Positions 1-8,173 of a stretch of 32,000 nt of DNA are shown piece after piece. The notes below the pieces were generated by a model that had not been told where the DNA came from, did not search any database, and saw only the letters and a program-made list of their open reading frames with translations. How positions within the stretch are numbered: the stretch's first letter is position 1; the number at the start of each line of letters is the position of its first letter. The DNA lies in the NCBI RefSeq assembly GCF_018336915.1, contig NZ_CP064927.1, positions 30,001 to 62,000 of the forward strand, given 5' to 3'. This stretch comes from Acaryochloris marina S15 (GTDB lineage: Bacteria; Cyanobacteriota; Cyanobacteriia; Thermosynechococcales; Thermosynechococcaceae). A program made the position numbers and the translations under genes.

Positions 1-660
1 TTCAATCAGGTTGCATTGCTTGGTGCGGAAGGCGATACTTTCTCGGTATTTCTCCGTTAGGTAGGCATCTTTAATGGCACTGCGGAAGGTGGTGGCGAAT
101 TCGGTCTGAACATAGGCTTCCCCTATGATGCCTAAGCGGACCTGATTGATAAATAGGCCGACGGCATGAACCCCGGCAAAGTTATTGGCTAAGAGGACGA
201 GGATAACGACGACGGGGATAATGCTCTTGATGCTGAAGACGGTGCCTTTGGTGATGCTAGGGCCAGCCTGCATCATGCCTGAGCCGTAATGAAGGAGGAC
301 GACGAAGAGGGCAAAGAGGGTGACCCACCGGACGACGGTGCCAACGGCTCCAAAGGCGATACGGTTGGTTTGACCGTCTAATCCTTTAGAGCGGTCAAAG
401 GTGGCTTGCCACAGTTCATCCCAAAACCCGTCATGGGCGGCAGAGGGTTCGAGATCGCTAATCAGGTCTTCGGCAAAGTCGGCATGGGCATGGGTCGCCA
501 TATGCAGAACGATGAGGATGCCAAAGAGGAGGGCAAGGGCAATTCTACGGTTGCGTTTGGGCTGCAGCCAGAGGCTGAGGTTCCACCAAGCCTGGGAAAT
601 GTAGGAGGTTACTGGTGTCGGATGCGGCCAGGTGCTGGTACATGTCCTTGAGCTTTTCAT
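1..660 (-). CDS. Polytopic membrane protein, VirB6/TrbL-like candidate; 3' end runs off the window
   Basis: My own minus-strand translation gives a frame open from about 720 down to position 1 with no stop. It is absent from the ORF track because the window truncates it. Sequence: ...MKSSRTCTSTWPHPTPVTSYISQAWWNLSLWLQPKRNRRIALALLFGILIVLHMATHAHADFAEDLISDLEPSAAHDGFWDELWQATFDRSKGLDGQTNRIAFGAVGTVVRWVTLFALFVVLLHYGSGMMQAGPSITKGTVFSIKSIIPVVVILVLLANNFAGVHAVGLFINQVRLGIIGEAY... It has several hydrophobic helices and is the last gene of the VirB4 operon. The start is ambiguous: in-frame ATGs lie at 720, 666, 660 and 501, and all but 501 overlap the upstream gene. Confidence 0.5.
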   Translation of the reverse strand, partial: MKSSRTCTSTWPHPTPVTSYISQAWWNLSLWLQPKRNRRIALALLFGILIVLHMATHAHADFAEDLISDLEPSAAHDGFWDELWQATFDRSKGLDGQTNRIAFGAVGTVVRWVTLFALFVVLLHYGSGMMQAGPSITKGTVFSIKSIIPVVVILVLLANNFAGVHAVGLFINQVRLGIIGEAYVQTEFATTFRSAIKDAYLTEKYRESIAFRTKQCNLIE

Positions 661-1657
661 ATTCATGCTGGTTATTGAGGGTGGTAAAGATTTGGCCTTG
701 CTGGCGCAGTTGAGCGGCATCGAGGTATTGAGAGACGGTTTGCTTGTCTACGAGGATGGATTGGGTGGTGACGATGTTGCCTAGGGCTGAGGTGTTTCGC
801 ACCATGGATTCGTTGACGGCATTGAGTTGAAAGGCATTGCCCGCCAAGATGTTGGCAATCTCGGTGTTTTGCTTTGTCTCAAGTTTGTTGACGGCTTGGG
901 TGGATTTGGAGCTTTGGGCTGAGGTGCCATATTCACCAACGACGGTGCTGGCATAGATGCTCTGGTCTTTGACTTGGGTAGAGGCAAGGACGGATTCAAG
1001 TCCTCCTTGAGCGGCGGCAGCGGCGGCATCTCTGGCATCAGCGGCCACCTGATCTTGGACTTTGAGGATCTCTTGGGATTCTGGGGAGTAGATAAAGTCC
1101 CCGGTTTTCTGGATGGCGTTTTTGTAGACGATGTTTTCGTTTAAGGCTTTGGCCCGCCATTCATAGGGTTCTTGGGGGTCGAGCTTTAAGACTCCAACAG
1201 AGCCAGCCGTGGCGTAGGCAGGGCCTTGATTACCTTGACCGATGAGGATGGGAGTAGATCGATTAGAGGCTGTGTTGGCTTTCTGGGGGTCGATGATGCC
1301 GTACTGTTCGAGGATGTTGAAGACGCCATCGGTAATGCTGCTGGCATTCTTTCCAGTAATGCCGTCATAGACTTTTTTGACGTTCTTGTAGGTCTGCAAT
1401 CCTTGTTGGGCTTTGCCGAGGATGTCATAGAGCTTTAGGGTGCTTTGATGAAGGGGGCGTTTGTCGTTGCCCCCCAACAGGATGTCTTTGAGGAAGCTGG
1501 GTTTAGTGTCTTTGGCGTCTTGGTAGATATCATCGACTTCATAGATACCTTGGGAGTTATATCCATCAGTGGCATTAGAGAAGACTTGGGCTTTAGTGAG
1601 CTGGGGGCTAGAGAAGACGATGGCGATGGAGAAGATTAGGGCTTGAGGTTTAGGCAT
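545..1657 (-). CDS. Secreted Q/A/N-rich helical protein, T4SS-associated (VirB5/TrbJ-like role is only a guess)
   Basis: 370-aa ORF. The N-terminal signal peptide is MPKPQALIFSIAIVFSSPQLTKA|QVF. Its start lies 3 nt after the VirB4-like stop, so the two are probably translationally coupled. I recognise no catalytic motif. Confidence 0.6.
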   Translation of the reverse strand: MPKPQALIFSIAIVFSSPQLTKAQVFSNATDGYNSQGIYEVDDIYQDAKDTKPSFLKDILLGGNDKRPLHQSTLKLYDILGKAQQGLQTYKNVKKVYDGITGKNASSITDGVFNILEQYGIIDPQKANTASNRSTPILIGQGNQGPAYATAGSVGVLKLDPQEPYEWRAKALNENIVYKNAIQKTGDFIYSPESQEILKVQDQVAADARDAAAAAAQGGLESVLASTQVKDQSIYASTVVGEYGTSAQSSKSTQAVNKLETKQNTEIANILAGNAFQLNAVNESMVRNTSALGNIVTTQSILVDKQTVSQYLDAAQLRQQGQIFTTLNNQHEYEKLKDMYQHLAASDTSNLLHFPGLVEPQPLAAAQTQP

Positions 1658-1660
1658 GGC

Positions 1661-4600
1661 TTAGACTCCGATATGAGACAGGGGCAGGTTGAGTTTGTAA
1701 GCCCGTTTCAGGAGATGCCCAAATTTGATATAGCCCTGGAGGGGGTTGTCAGGGTAGAGGGCTAAGATTCTATCTCTGGCTGCGGTTTCTTGGGGCTGGG
1801 TGCAGAGCAGGGCAATCATTAGGGCTGAGGTATAGAACAGGAGTTCAAAGTGCTGGTTGCCTTTGCGCAGATACCAGGAGGTACAGAGTTCCGCCAGGTT
1901 GGGAGCATATTCAGGACGGACATATTTGGAGAGGATGTCGGGCTTCAGGCGCAGATGTTTCGATGCATTCTCAACAGCGGTGGGATTGCAATGTCCATAG
2001 AAGACGGCATCTAGGTTGTTGAGGATATCTCTGCCCCCTTCGGATTGGACGAGGGTGTTCTCTTCGGTGCCCGCGATGACGACGTTCTTAGCTTCTTTAC
2101 GGCCTTTGGTACAGATTTCTGCGAAGCGGATGGAGATGGAGCGGTACTTAAAGGTGGTGGAGATTTCATCGCCAAAGATGGCGGAGCGGGGATAGCGGAA
2201 GGACTGGAGTTCCATGAGGTTGATGGCGGCCATGGAATAGATGACGCTCTCTTGGGGGTCTTGCAGGTCCGTGAGGCCAATGACGAGGGTTTGCAGGTCG
2301 AAGTTAAAGGTGTTGACGCCGTTGATGGAGGCTCCCAGGTCCGTGGTGAGGACGGCTTCGAGTTCGGTGCGGATCATGGCAATGGCTTGCAGCTCTAGAT
2401 CCTCACAGTCTTTGTCTTGTTTGTACTGTCTTACCCACTGGGGAAAGTAATCTACGAAGTCTTGGAGGATGGGCATTCGTTGGGATGGCTCAGACCCAAA
2501 GGCTGCGGCTTTGGCGATGCGGTAGCGTTGGTCTATGTCGGGTAAGGCCCGCCAGTCTTGGTAGCTGAGGGCGAGGACGGATTTGATGGTTTTGTAGAGG
2601 GGATGGTCGAGGTCGTCTCCGAGGACTAAGGCCCGCAGGAGACTGAGGTGGTTTTGCTTGATTTTTTTGAGGAGTTGAGTGGAGAGGAGATCGCCTGCCC
2701 AGCTTGTATCGATTTCAGCGAGGACGTTGATGATATGGGCTTTAACGTCGAAGTAAGCCGCAGCAACCCCAATGGCCTGAAGCTGCTTCATAAAGGGTTG
2801 ATAGGTACTCTTGCCGTTACCGGGGGGCACATCAATGACGACGGTAAAGATGCGGTGGATGATGTTCTCGAAGATCATCCGGTTCATCAAAACGGATTTG
2901 CCGACTCCCATGGGTCCAAAGATGGCGATGAGGGCTTTCTGGAGGGCGGTGTTGAGATAGACGGGGATGGCAACGCCGCGAGAGACGAAGGGAACGCCTT
3001 TATCATCTATTGGCTGGGGGTGGACTAAGGGCATCAGGGGGATGCCCTGATTGCATTGGTATTCTTCTCGCCGCAGTTGAGGTTTGGAGAATAGGCTCTC
3101 CCAGTGAAAGGGGTGACTGGAAATCCAGTGGGTCATCAGGTGATTGCTGACTTGCTCGGTTTTGCTGGTGGGCAGTCGGCGAATCAGGTCTTGGACGGCA
3201 GCGGTGAGGCTGGCTTTGTCTTGGCGGTAGACCCAGATGCCGAGGCTGACTTTGAGGGGCCACCGACCGGAGCTGAGTTCTCGGGAGGCATCGACGAGTT
3301 CGTTGACATCGGTTTCGGCCTGAACGTTGCGGGTGCTGTGGAGGAGTTGGGCATCGATGGCTTTGCGGTTGCGTTCTTTGATGGCTGAGTTGACGAGTTT
3401 GAGGCGGGACTCGGGTTCAATCTGGGTGATTTCTGAGATCAGGCGATAGCCATGAAATCCTTCTAGGGATTGAAGGAGGAATTTCATATAGCCGATGGAG
3501 AGGAAGCTATCGATTTTGTTGTAGGTGCTGAGCTGGTTGATTTTGACCAATGCAGCCCACTGATCTTTGATGGGGTGATAGAGGGTGTAGAGGTAAGGGG
3601 TGGGAACGGCGGGTAAGCCTCGTTCGGGGCTGAAGAGTTCTCCGAGGATGTGATAGGGCAGGGTCTGATCTTCACTAAAGGGAAAGAGGCCCGCTTCACT
3701 GTAGGTAATGGACTGGGGGCAGGGGTCAGCAGCTTCTGAGTGGGTGTCTTCCCAGTCGATGGCCCATAGATCCGGTTTACTCATGGGCTGGGGTTTGACG
3801 CCCATTTGGGTGAGGGCTTGGACGGTGGGGATATACCCGGCTTGATAGGCTCGGTCTAAGACTTTCTCCCAGGCTTGTTTGGAGCTGAAGCCATCGGTTT
3901 GGGGGTTGAGATACTCTTGGAAGGTGCCGACGAGGGGCTGGGTATGGGCGAGGAGTTTATCTAGGCGGTCTTCTTTGACGGCATAGTCATCGGCCAAACT
4001 CAATCTGTATTTGGCATAGACGCGGATGACGGAATGGACAAGCTTTCCTTCTGCGGCTAAATCAACGGCGACTTGGGCCTCACTTTTGATCAGCTTTTCA
4101 CTTAGGGGGTCGAGGTCATAATGGGTGATGAGATCATGCTGATGCAGAAGGACTTGATCTGCGGATCCTTCTACGTCCCAGAAGAATTTGAGTTCAATGC
4201 CAGGGATTTTCTGGAGGGCTTGGACGGTGGCTTGCAGCCTGTCCATGGCGTCTTGTTCTGAGAGGGTGGGGTCGATGCCTTTGAGGGTGAAGCCGAAGAT
4301 GATCATGGCTCGGTCCTGCTTGTCTTGATGGACGAGGTAAAAGCCGATGTCTTCACCGAGGAGCATTTCTCCATAGGCTCTCAGGTCAAATTCGGATTCA
4401 ATTTTCTTTAAGGCTTTCTGCTGAGGCTTTTGACGGAACAGTTGACTCAGTTTGAAGGGTTCAGGGTGTTCTTTAACCATCAGGGGGACTCCTCCCTTGA
4501 CTTGATAATTGGGACGGTCACTGTAGTACCGTCGCTGTTTACTCATGCGGGCGAAGATGCGGGAATAGTCTTTGCCTAGGGCTAAGACGGTGAGGACAAA

Positions 4601-4786
4601 GATACCCAGCCACAGGAATGCGGCCATAAACCAGCCGATGGAAAAGCCGAGGATAAAGCAGATACAGCCACTGCCTGCGAGGGTGACGATCTGCTGCCCG
4701 CTCAGGAGTTGGAATTGAGTGGGGCCAATGTAGGGGTTGACGATGCCGTAGCGCAGTTCTTTTTCGATTTGTTCGGTCTGGTTCAT
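1661..4786 (-). CDS. virB4: Type IV secretion/conjugation ATPase, VirB4/TrbE-like, with an N-terminal VirB3-like transmembrane hairpin
   Basis: 1041-aa ORF. Walker A is AIFGPMGVGKSVLMN (about 2885-2930). A Walker-B-like RSAIFGDEIS follows. The size and the large C-terminal NTPase domain are typical of VirB4. The N-terminus carries two hydrophobic helices (VTLAGSGCICFILGFSIGWFMAAFLWLGIFVLTVLAL), as in VirB3-VirB4 fusions. Confidence 0.85.
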   Translation of the reverse strand: MNQTEQIEKELRYGIVNPYIGPTQFQLLSGQQIVTLAGSGCICFILGFSIGWFMAAFLWLGIFVLTVLALGKDYSRIFARMSKQRRYYSDRPNYQVKGGVPLMVKEHPEPFKLSQLFRQKPQQKALKKIESEFDLRAYGEMLLGEDIGFYLVHQDKQDRAMIIFGFTLKGIDPTLSEQDAMDRLQATVQALQKIPGIELKFFWDVEGSADQVLLHQHDLITHYDLDPLSEKLIKSEAQVAVDLAAEGKLVHSVIRVYAKYRLSLADDYAVKEDRLDKLLAHTQPLVGTFQEYLNPQTDGFSSKQAWEKVLDRAYQAGYIPTVQALTQMGVKPQPMSKPDLWAIDWEDTHSEAADPCPQSITYSEAGLFPFSEDQTLPYHILGELFSPERGLPAVPTPYLYTLYHPIKDQWAALVKINQLSTYNKIDSFLSIGYMKFLLQSLEGFHGYRLISEITQIEPESRLKLVNSAIKERNRKAIDAQLLHSTRNVQAETDVNELVDASRELSSGRWPLKVSLGIWVYRQDKASLTAAVQDLIRRLPTSKTEQVSNHLMTHWISSHPFHWESLFSKPQLRREEYQCNQGIPLMPLVHPQPIDDKGVPFVSRGVAIPVYLNTALQKALIAIFGPMGVGKSVLMNRMIFENIIHRIFTVVIDVPPGNGKSTYQPFMKQLQAIGVAAAYFDVKAHIINVLAEIDTSWAGDLLSTQLLKKIKQNHLSLLRALVLGDDLDHPLYKTIKSVLALSYQDWRALPDIDQRYRIAKAAAFGSEPSQRMPILQDFVDYFPQWVRQYKQDKDCEDLELQAIAMIRTELEAVLTTDLGASINGVNTFNFDLQTLVIGLTDLQDPQESVIYSMAAINLMELQSFRYPRSAIFGDEISTTFKYRSISIRFAEICTKGRKEAKNVVIAGTEENTLVQSEGGRDILNNLDAVFYGHCNPTAVENASKHLRLKPDILSKYVRPEYAPNLAELCTSWYLRKGNQHFELLFYTSALMIALLCTQPQETAARDRILALYPDNPLQGYIKFGHLLKRAYKLNLPLSHIGV

Positions 4787-4797
4787 TGCTCAGTCTC

Positions 4798-5457
4798 CTA
4801 GTTGGGGACGGTGGTATTGCCTTGGGGGACGTTTTGCCCACCCACGGGGACGGGAGCGGCGTTGCCACTGGACGTTAGCTGCAGGTTAAAGACGGTGACT
4901 AAGGAGGCGATCACCATGAGGGTGATGATCACGTTCATGTATTGAGAGAGGACTTCAAATAGGGTGCGTTTGCTGTTGTGGGATTCGGCCCCTGCCATAA
5001 TCAGGCCGACGATGACGACGAGGAAGAAGACGATCATCAGGGCAATCATGAAGGCGCAGAGGGAGTAGGCGAGGACGCCGCCGAGGAACCAGGCCAAGGA
5101 GGTGTCGATGGCTCCAAGCATGGGGCCAATGAGGAAGAAGCCGGAATCACAGGCACTTGCAGGGGCGTTGCCGATGTTGTTTTGGGCTTTCACCATGGAT
5201 GGAGTGAGGGCGATCAGGGTTGAGAAGAACAGGTAGAGGCCCAGTTTGGATTGAATATTGAGTTGTTGGTAGAGGTAAAGGAAGAGGGCGGTGGACCAGA
5301 CCATTGCCATGATTTCGAGCCATGCAATCTGGGTGCCTAGGTTCAGGGGGAGAAGGACGGGGCTGAGGGTGAGGAGGATGAGGAGAACTGGGGATGACCA
5401 TTGGGGTCCGTGTTTGTGGGCATAGTGCCGAGCGGTTTGAAGGGATAGGGGAGGCAT
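4798..5457 (-). CDS. Polytopic small membrane protein of the T4SS operon (a pilin/VirB2-TrbC-like or VirB3-like role is speculative)
   Basis: ORF track 4798..5499 (TTG start). In-frame ATGs lie at 5493 and 5457. I prefer 5457 (MPPLSLQ...) for two reasons. GGAG lies 11 nt upstream of it. The ATG at 5493 sits inside the -10-like hexamer of a repeated promoter-like motif. The protein has at least 5 hydrophobic segments and a possible internal AxA-type cleavage site (SMVKA|QNN), followed by two long TM helices. Confidence 0.6.
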   Translation of the reverse strand: MPPLSLQTARHYAHKHGPQWSSPVLLILLTLSPVLLPLNLGTQIAWLEIMAMVWSTALFLYLYQQLNIQSKLGLYLFFSTLIALTPSMVKAQNNIGNAPASACDSGFFLIGPMLGAIDTSLAWFLGGVLAYSLCAFMIALMIVFFLVVIVGLIMAGAESHNSKRTLFEVLSQYMNVIITLMVIASLVTVFNLQLTSSGNAAPVPVGGQNVPQGNTTVPN

Positions 5458-5488
5458 GGTGAGTCCATCTCCGGTGGGGGACGATAGA

Positions 5489-5519
5489 AACATAGGCAAG
5501 ATGACCTTTGAGGTGCAAA
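5489..5519 (-). promoter_or_regulatory. Promoter-like motif, copy 1: TTGCAC-N18-TATGTT on the minus strand
   Basis: This 31-nt motif matches 6434-6464 at 29 of 31 positions. On the minus strand it reads TTTGCACCTCAAAGGTCATCTTGCCTATGTT. It lies in the 83-nt gap between the 287-aa gene and the membrane-protein gene. Confidence 0.4.
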
Positions 5520-5540
5520 CTTGCTGTAACAGCAGTACTT

Positions 5541-6404
5541 TTAGGGACTAACGCCACCGTGACCGAGGAGGTCGTTGAAGGTCTTTTCAGGCAGTCGGGA
5601 CCAGCGCAAGGCTTTTTCAATGGATACATCCCGTTTGAGGTAGCGGGCCATGGATTGAGCGAACCAGTAGTGGTCATGATTGCGGTTGATTTGCCGCTGA
5701 TTCTTCGCCCGATGCAGCCCTCTGATCAGATAGTTGGCTAAGGCTTTGTTGTCTAGGGTCGAGCGGTCGATGAGGGTCCGACCCGTAGCGGATACTTTGG
5801 CGATGCTGGGGACGGGTTTGGGGGTTGTCCTGAGTTTGAGGACGGGTGGGGATTTCGGGTGGCTCAGGGTGGAGGGCGGTTTAACAGGCTGGGCGGTTTG
5901 GGGTGGAGTTAGGGCTTTCCAGTTGGGGCGAATGAGTGGGGTGGCGATGGGTGCAACGGTTGGTTGGGTTGGGATGTGCGCCACTTCCCCGATCTCTGCA
6001 TTGTTGGAGACGGTTTGGCTGGGGACAAAGGCTGTTCGGATGTTGTCTGGTTCCCTGCCAGATCGTTTCACTAGGAGGGTAATGGTTTGCTCTCCCCCTG
6101 GTCCCATAACCCGTAGGAAGACGCTGGCTTTCTTGGCTGTGCCGTTTGGGGTCCACTTGAGAAGGAGTTGCTGGTTATCGTTGCGAGACAGGCTTAAGGC
6201 CCGCAACTGTTGAGGGTTGCTGGGAAAGGCTTTGATGACTCGGTAGTTTGTGTCTGAGAAGTCGAGGAGATGGTCTACTTCTGAGACATCCAGTTTTTGA
6301 GTTTGTTTGAAGGCTTGATCTATGGGGACGGTGGCGGGATTAGCCAAGACTGGCGTGGATGTGATCGCCAACAGCCCGAGTGACAATATCGCGGTTTTAA
6401 GCAT
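5541..6404 (-). CDS. Secreted protein, first gene of the T4SS operon (function unknown)
   Basis: 287-aa ORF with an ATG start. The signal peptide is MLKTAILSLGLLAITSTPVLA|NPA. A proline-rich linker (PTQPTVAPIATPLIRPNWKALTPPQTAQPVKPPSTLSHPKSPPV) follows. The C-terminal domain is basic (LIRGLHRAKNQRQINRNHDHYWFAQSMARYLKRD). Confidence 0.65.
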   Translation of the reverse strand: MLKTAILSLGLLAITSTPVLANPATVPIDQAFKQTQKLDVSEVDHLLDFSDTNYRVIKAFPSNPQQLRALSLSRNDNQQLLLKWTPNGTAKKASVFLRVMGPGGEQTITLLVKRSGREPDNIRTAFVPSQTVSNNAEIGEVAHIPTQPTVAPIATPLIRPNWKALTPPQTAQPVKPPSTLSHPKSPPVLKLRTTPKPVPSIAKVSATGRTLIDRSTLDNKALANYLIRGLHRAKNQRQINRNHDHYWFAQSMARYLKRDVSIEKALRWSRLPEKTFNDLLGHGGVSP

Positions 6405-6433
6405 TTTCTGTGTGGCCGATGAGCTACACAGGG

Positions 6434-6464
6434 AACATAGGCAAGATGGCCTTTAAGGTGCAAA
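6434..6464 (-). promoter_or_regulatory. Promoter-like motif, copy 2: TTGCAC-N18-TATGTT on the minus strand
   Basis: The minus strand reads TTTGCACCTTAAAGGCCATCTTGCCTATGTT. The motif ends 30 nt upstream of the ATG at 6404. It matches copy 1 at 29 of 31 positions. Confidence 0.4.
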
Positions 6465-7197
6465 TGGAGATTTGTCGGCAGTAGGGTAATTCAAAATAGT
6501 CAGACGATGTAACTGGAAATCCTTCACTCAATTACTGAGGTCTAGAGGGTGATGTTGCCAACCAGTTGCTGCGATCCATACCTTTCGACCCTCTGATCTA
6601 CTATCTCTGGTTCTTGAGTGACAGATTGACTTACTCAGAATCACCAGCCAGATACAGATATTCTCAGGTTTGATGTGTCCTACATTTCGTGTTGTAGATG
6701 GGTACGTCGCTGCAAAGCGAGTGAGAGGACCGATGTTCCCATGAGCATCGATTATTTACAAACTGAGAATATTATGTACTTATATTAAATGAGTAAGAAT
6801 AAGTTAAAAATATTGTAGTTAATTGATTTAATTGTTAGATTGTGTGTATTGAATTCTCAATTGTTTGTACATCTCTAAATTTGGTCCTGAAAGCCATGTA
6901 ATATGTGACTGTAAGTACAATTCGCTCTCGCTTCAATTTCTTCAAGAATTGATTCACACCTTGCATTACTTTTTATCTTGCTTTTCTTAAATATATATTT
7001 TTGTAAATAATTTTCTCAGAAATAGCTCTCCATTTCTGATGCTTTTTCTCCTTATCTAACCCTTTTTGTCTACGTTCATACCAGCTTTGCCTGACTCATC
7101 CTGTCGCTGTTCTGGGGATGAGCTTTGGGGCTGATGATTTGATGGACTGTCCAGCATTGCACTCTTAATCTTTAGATCTTCTCAGGAAGGATATCCC

Positions 7198-8010
7198 ATG
7201 AAATTACAAGGGAAAACTGCGCTCGTTACTGGAGCTTCACGCGGTATCGGTCGAGCGATTGCTCAAGAATTAGCCAAACAAGGGATGCAGAAAATTATTC
7301 TCGTCGCCCGCAGTCAAGACAGATTGCTCATGGTGGCTGATGAAATTGATGTGATGGGCACTGAAGCTATTGCTCTGCCTTTGGATTTGACCCAAACTGT
7401 TGAGGTCAATATTGCCATCGCGAATGCCTGGAAGCAGCACGGACCGATTCATTTATTGGTGAACTGTGCTGGGGTCGCTCATCAATCTCCTTTCTTGCAA
7501 ACTAAGCTACCTAAGGTGCAAGAAGAACTCTCTCTGAACCTCATGGGAATTTACACCATGACTCATTTTCTCGCCCGACGAATGGCGAGTAAGAAAGAGG
7601 GACGTATTGTTAATGTTTCTAGTCTCATGGGTAAAATCGGTGCGCCCACTATGGCGACCTACTCTGCTACGAAGTTTGCGATCTTAGGCTTTACCCAAGC
7701 CCTCCGCAGTGAGTTGTCTCCTTACAACATTAAAGTCACTGCTCTTCTTCCTTCCTTAACGGAAACCGATATGACACATAATACTCAGCGGTTTCGCTGG
7801 GTCGCTTCTATGACTCCTGAAAAGGTTGCGAAGGTCTTTGTCGATAGCCTCGGAAAGGAATCACCTGAAATCTTGGTGGGATGGCAAAGTCACCTCGCTG
7901 TATTAGGAAATCGTCTGGCTCCAGGGGTATTGGAATGGTGCTTGAAACTCACTGCTCCTAAAGCAGATAAGCAGACGATGAAGAAACCTATTTTTAGCAG
8001 TGGCTTCTAA
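7198..8010 (+). CDS. Short-chain dehydrogenase/reductase (classical SDR family)
   Basis: 270 aa. The Rossmann motif is TGASRGIGRAIA, the catalytic YxxxK is YSATKFA, and NCAG and an upstream Ser (VSSLMG) are present. AGGAAGGA lies upstream of the ATG. Confidence 0.9.
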   Translation: MKLQGKTALVTGASRGIGRAIAQELAKQGMQKIILVARSQDRLLMVADEIDVMGTEAIALPLDLTQTVEVNIAIANAWKQHGPIHLLVNCAGVAHQSPFLQTKLPKVQEELSLNLMGIYTMTHFLARRMASKKEGRIVNVSSLMGKIGAPTMATYSATKFAILGFTQALRSELSPYNIKVTALLPSLTETDMTHNTQRFRWVASMTPEKVAKVFVDSLGKESPEILVGWQSHLAVLGNRLAPGVLEWCLKLTAPKADKQTMKKPIFSSGF

Positions 8011-8146
8011 TCTGTTTCATCAGTATCCAGCTTTTGGGCTTGGCGAACGGCTTGGCTTGGTCTATGGGAATGATGGCGGGATTGGCGAGGGCTGACGTGG
8101 ATGTGTTCACCAACAGGTCCGCTGACAATATCGTGGTTTTGAGCAT
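7994..8146 (-). pseudogene. Decayed 5' fragment (paralogous remnant) of the 287-aa T4SS gene
   Basis: Region 8010-8157 aligns by eye at about 80% nt identity with 6270-6415. The remnant reads ATGCTCAAAACCACGATATTGTCA... and the intact gene reads ATGCTTAAAACCGCGATATTGTCA... It encodes MLKTTILSADLLVNTSTSALANPAIIPIDQA..., then a 6-nt insertion and a 1-nt deletion break the frame. Similarity ends at the SDR gene's 3' end. Confidence 0.7.
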
Positions 8147-8173
8147 TTTCTGTGTGGTCAAAACTGATTATTT

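Noticed and set aside
401-5741. Numerous 60-176-aa ORFs overlapping the T4SS genes on either strand (for example 406..651+, 2045..2398+, 2648..3028+, 5147..5677-)
   Set aside because: All are nested in or antisense to long, motif-supported genes in GC-richer DNA. They have Pro/Arg/Ser/Gly-rich compositions, as expected for off-frame translation.
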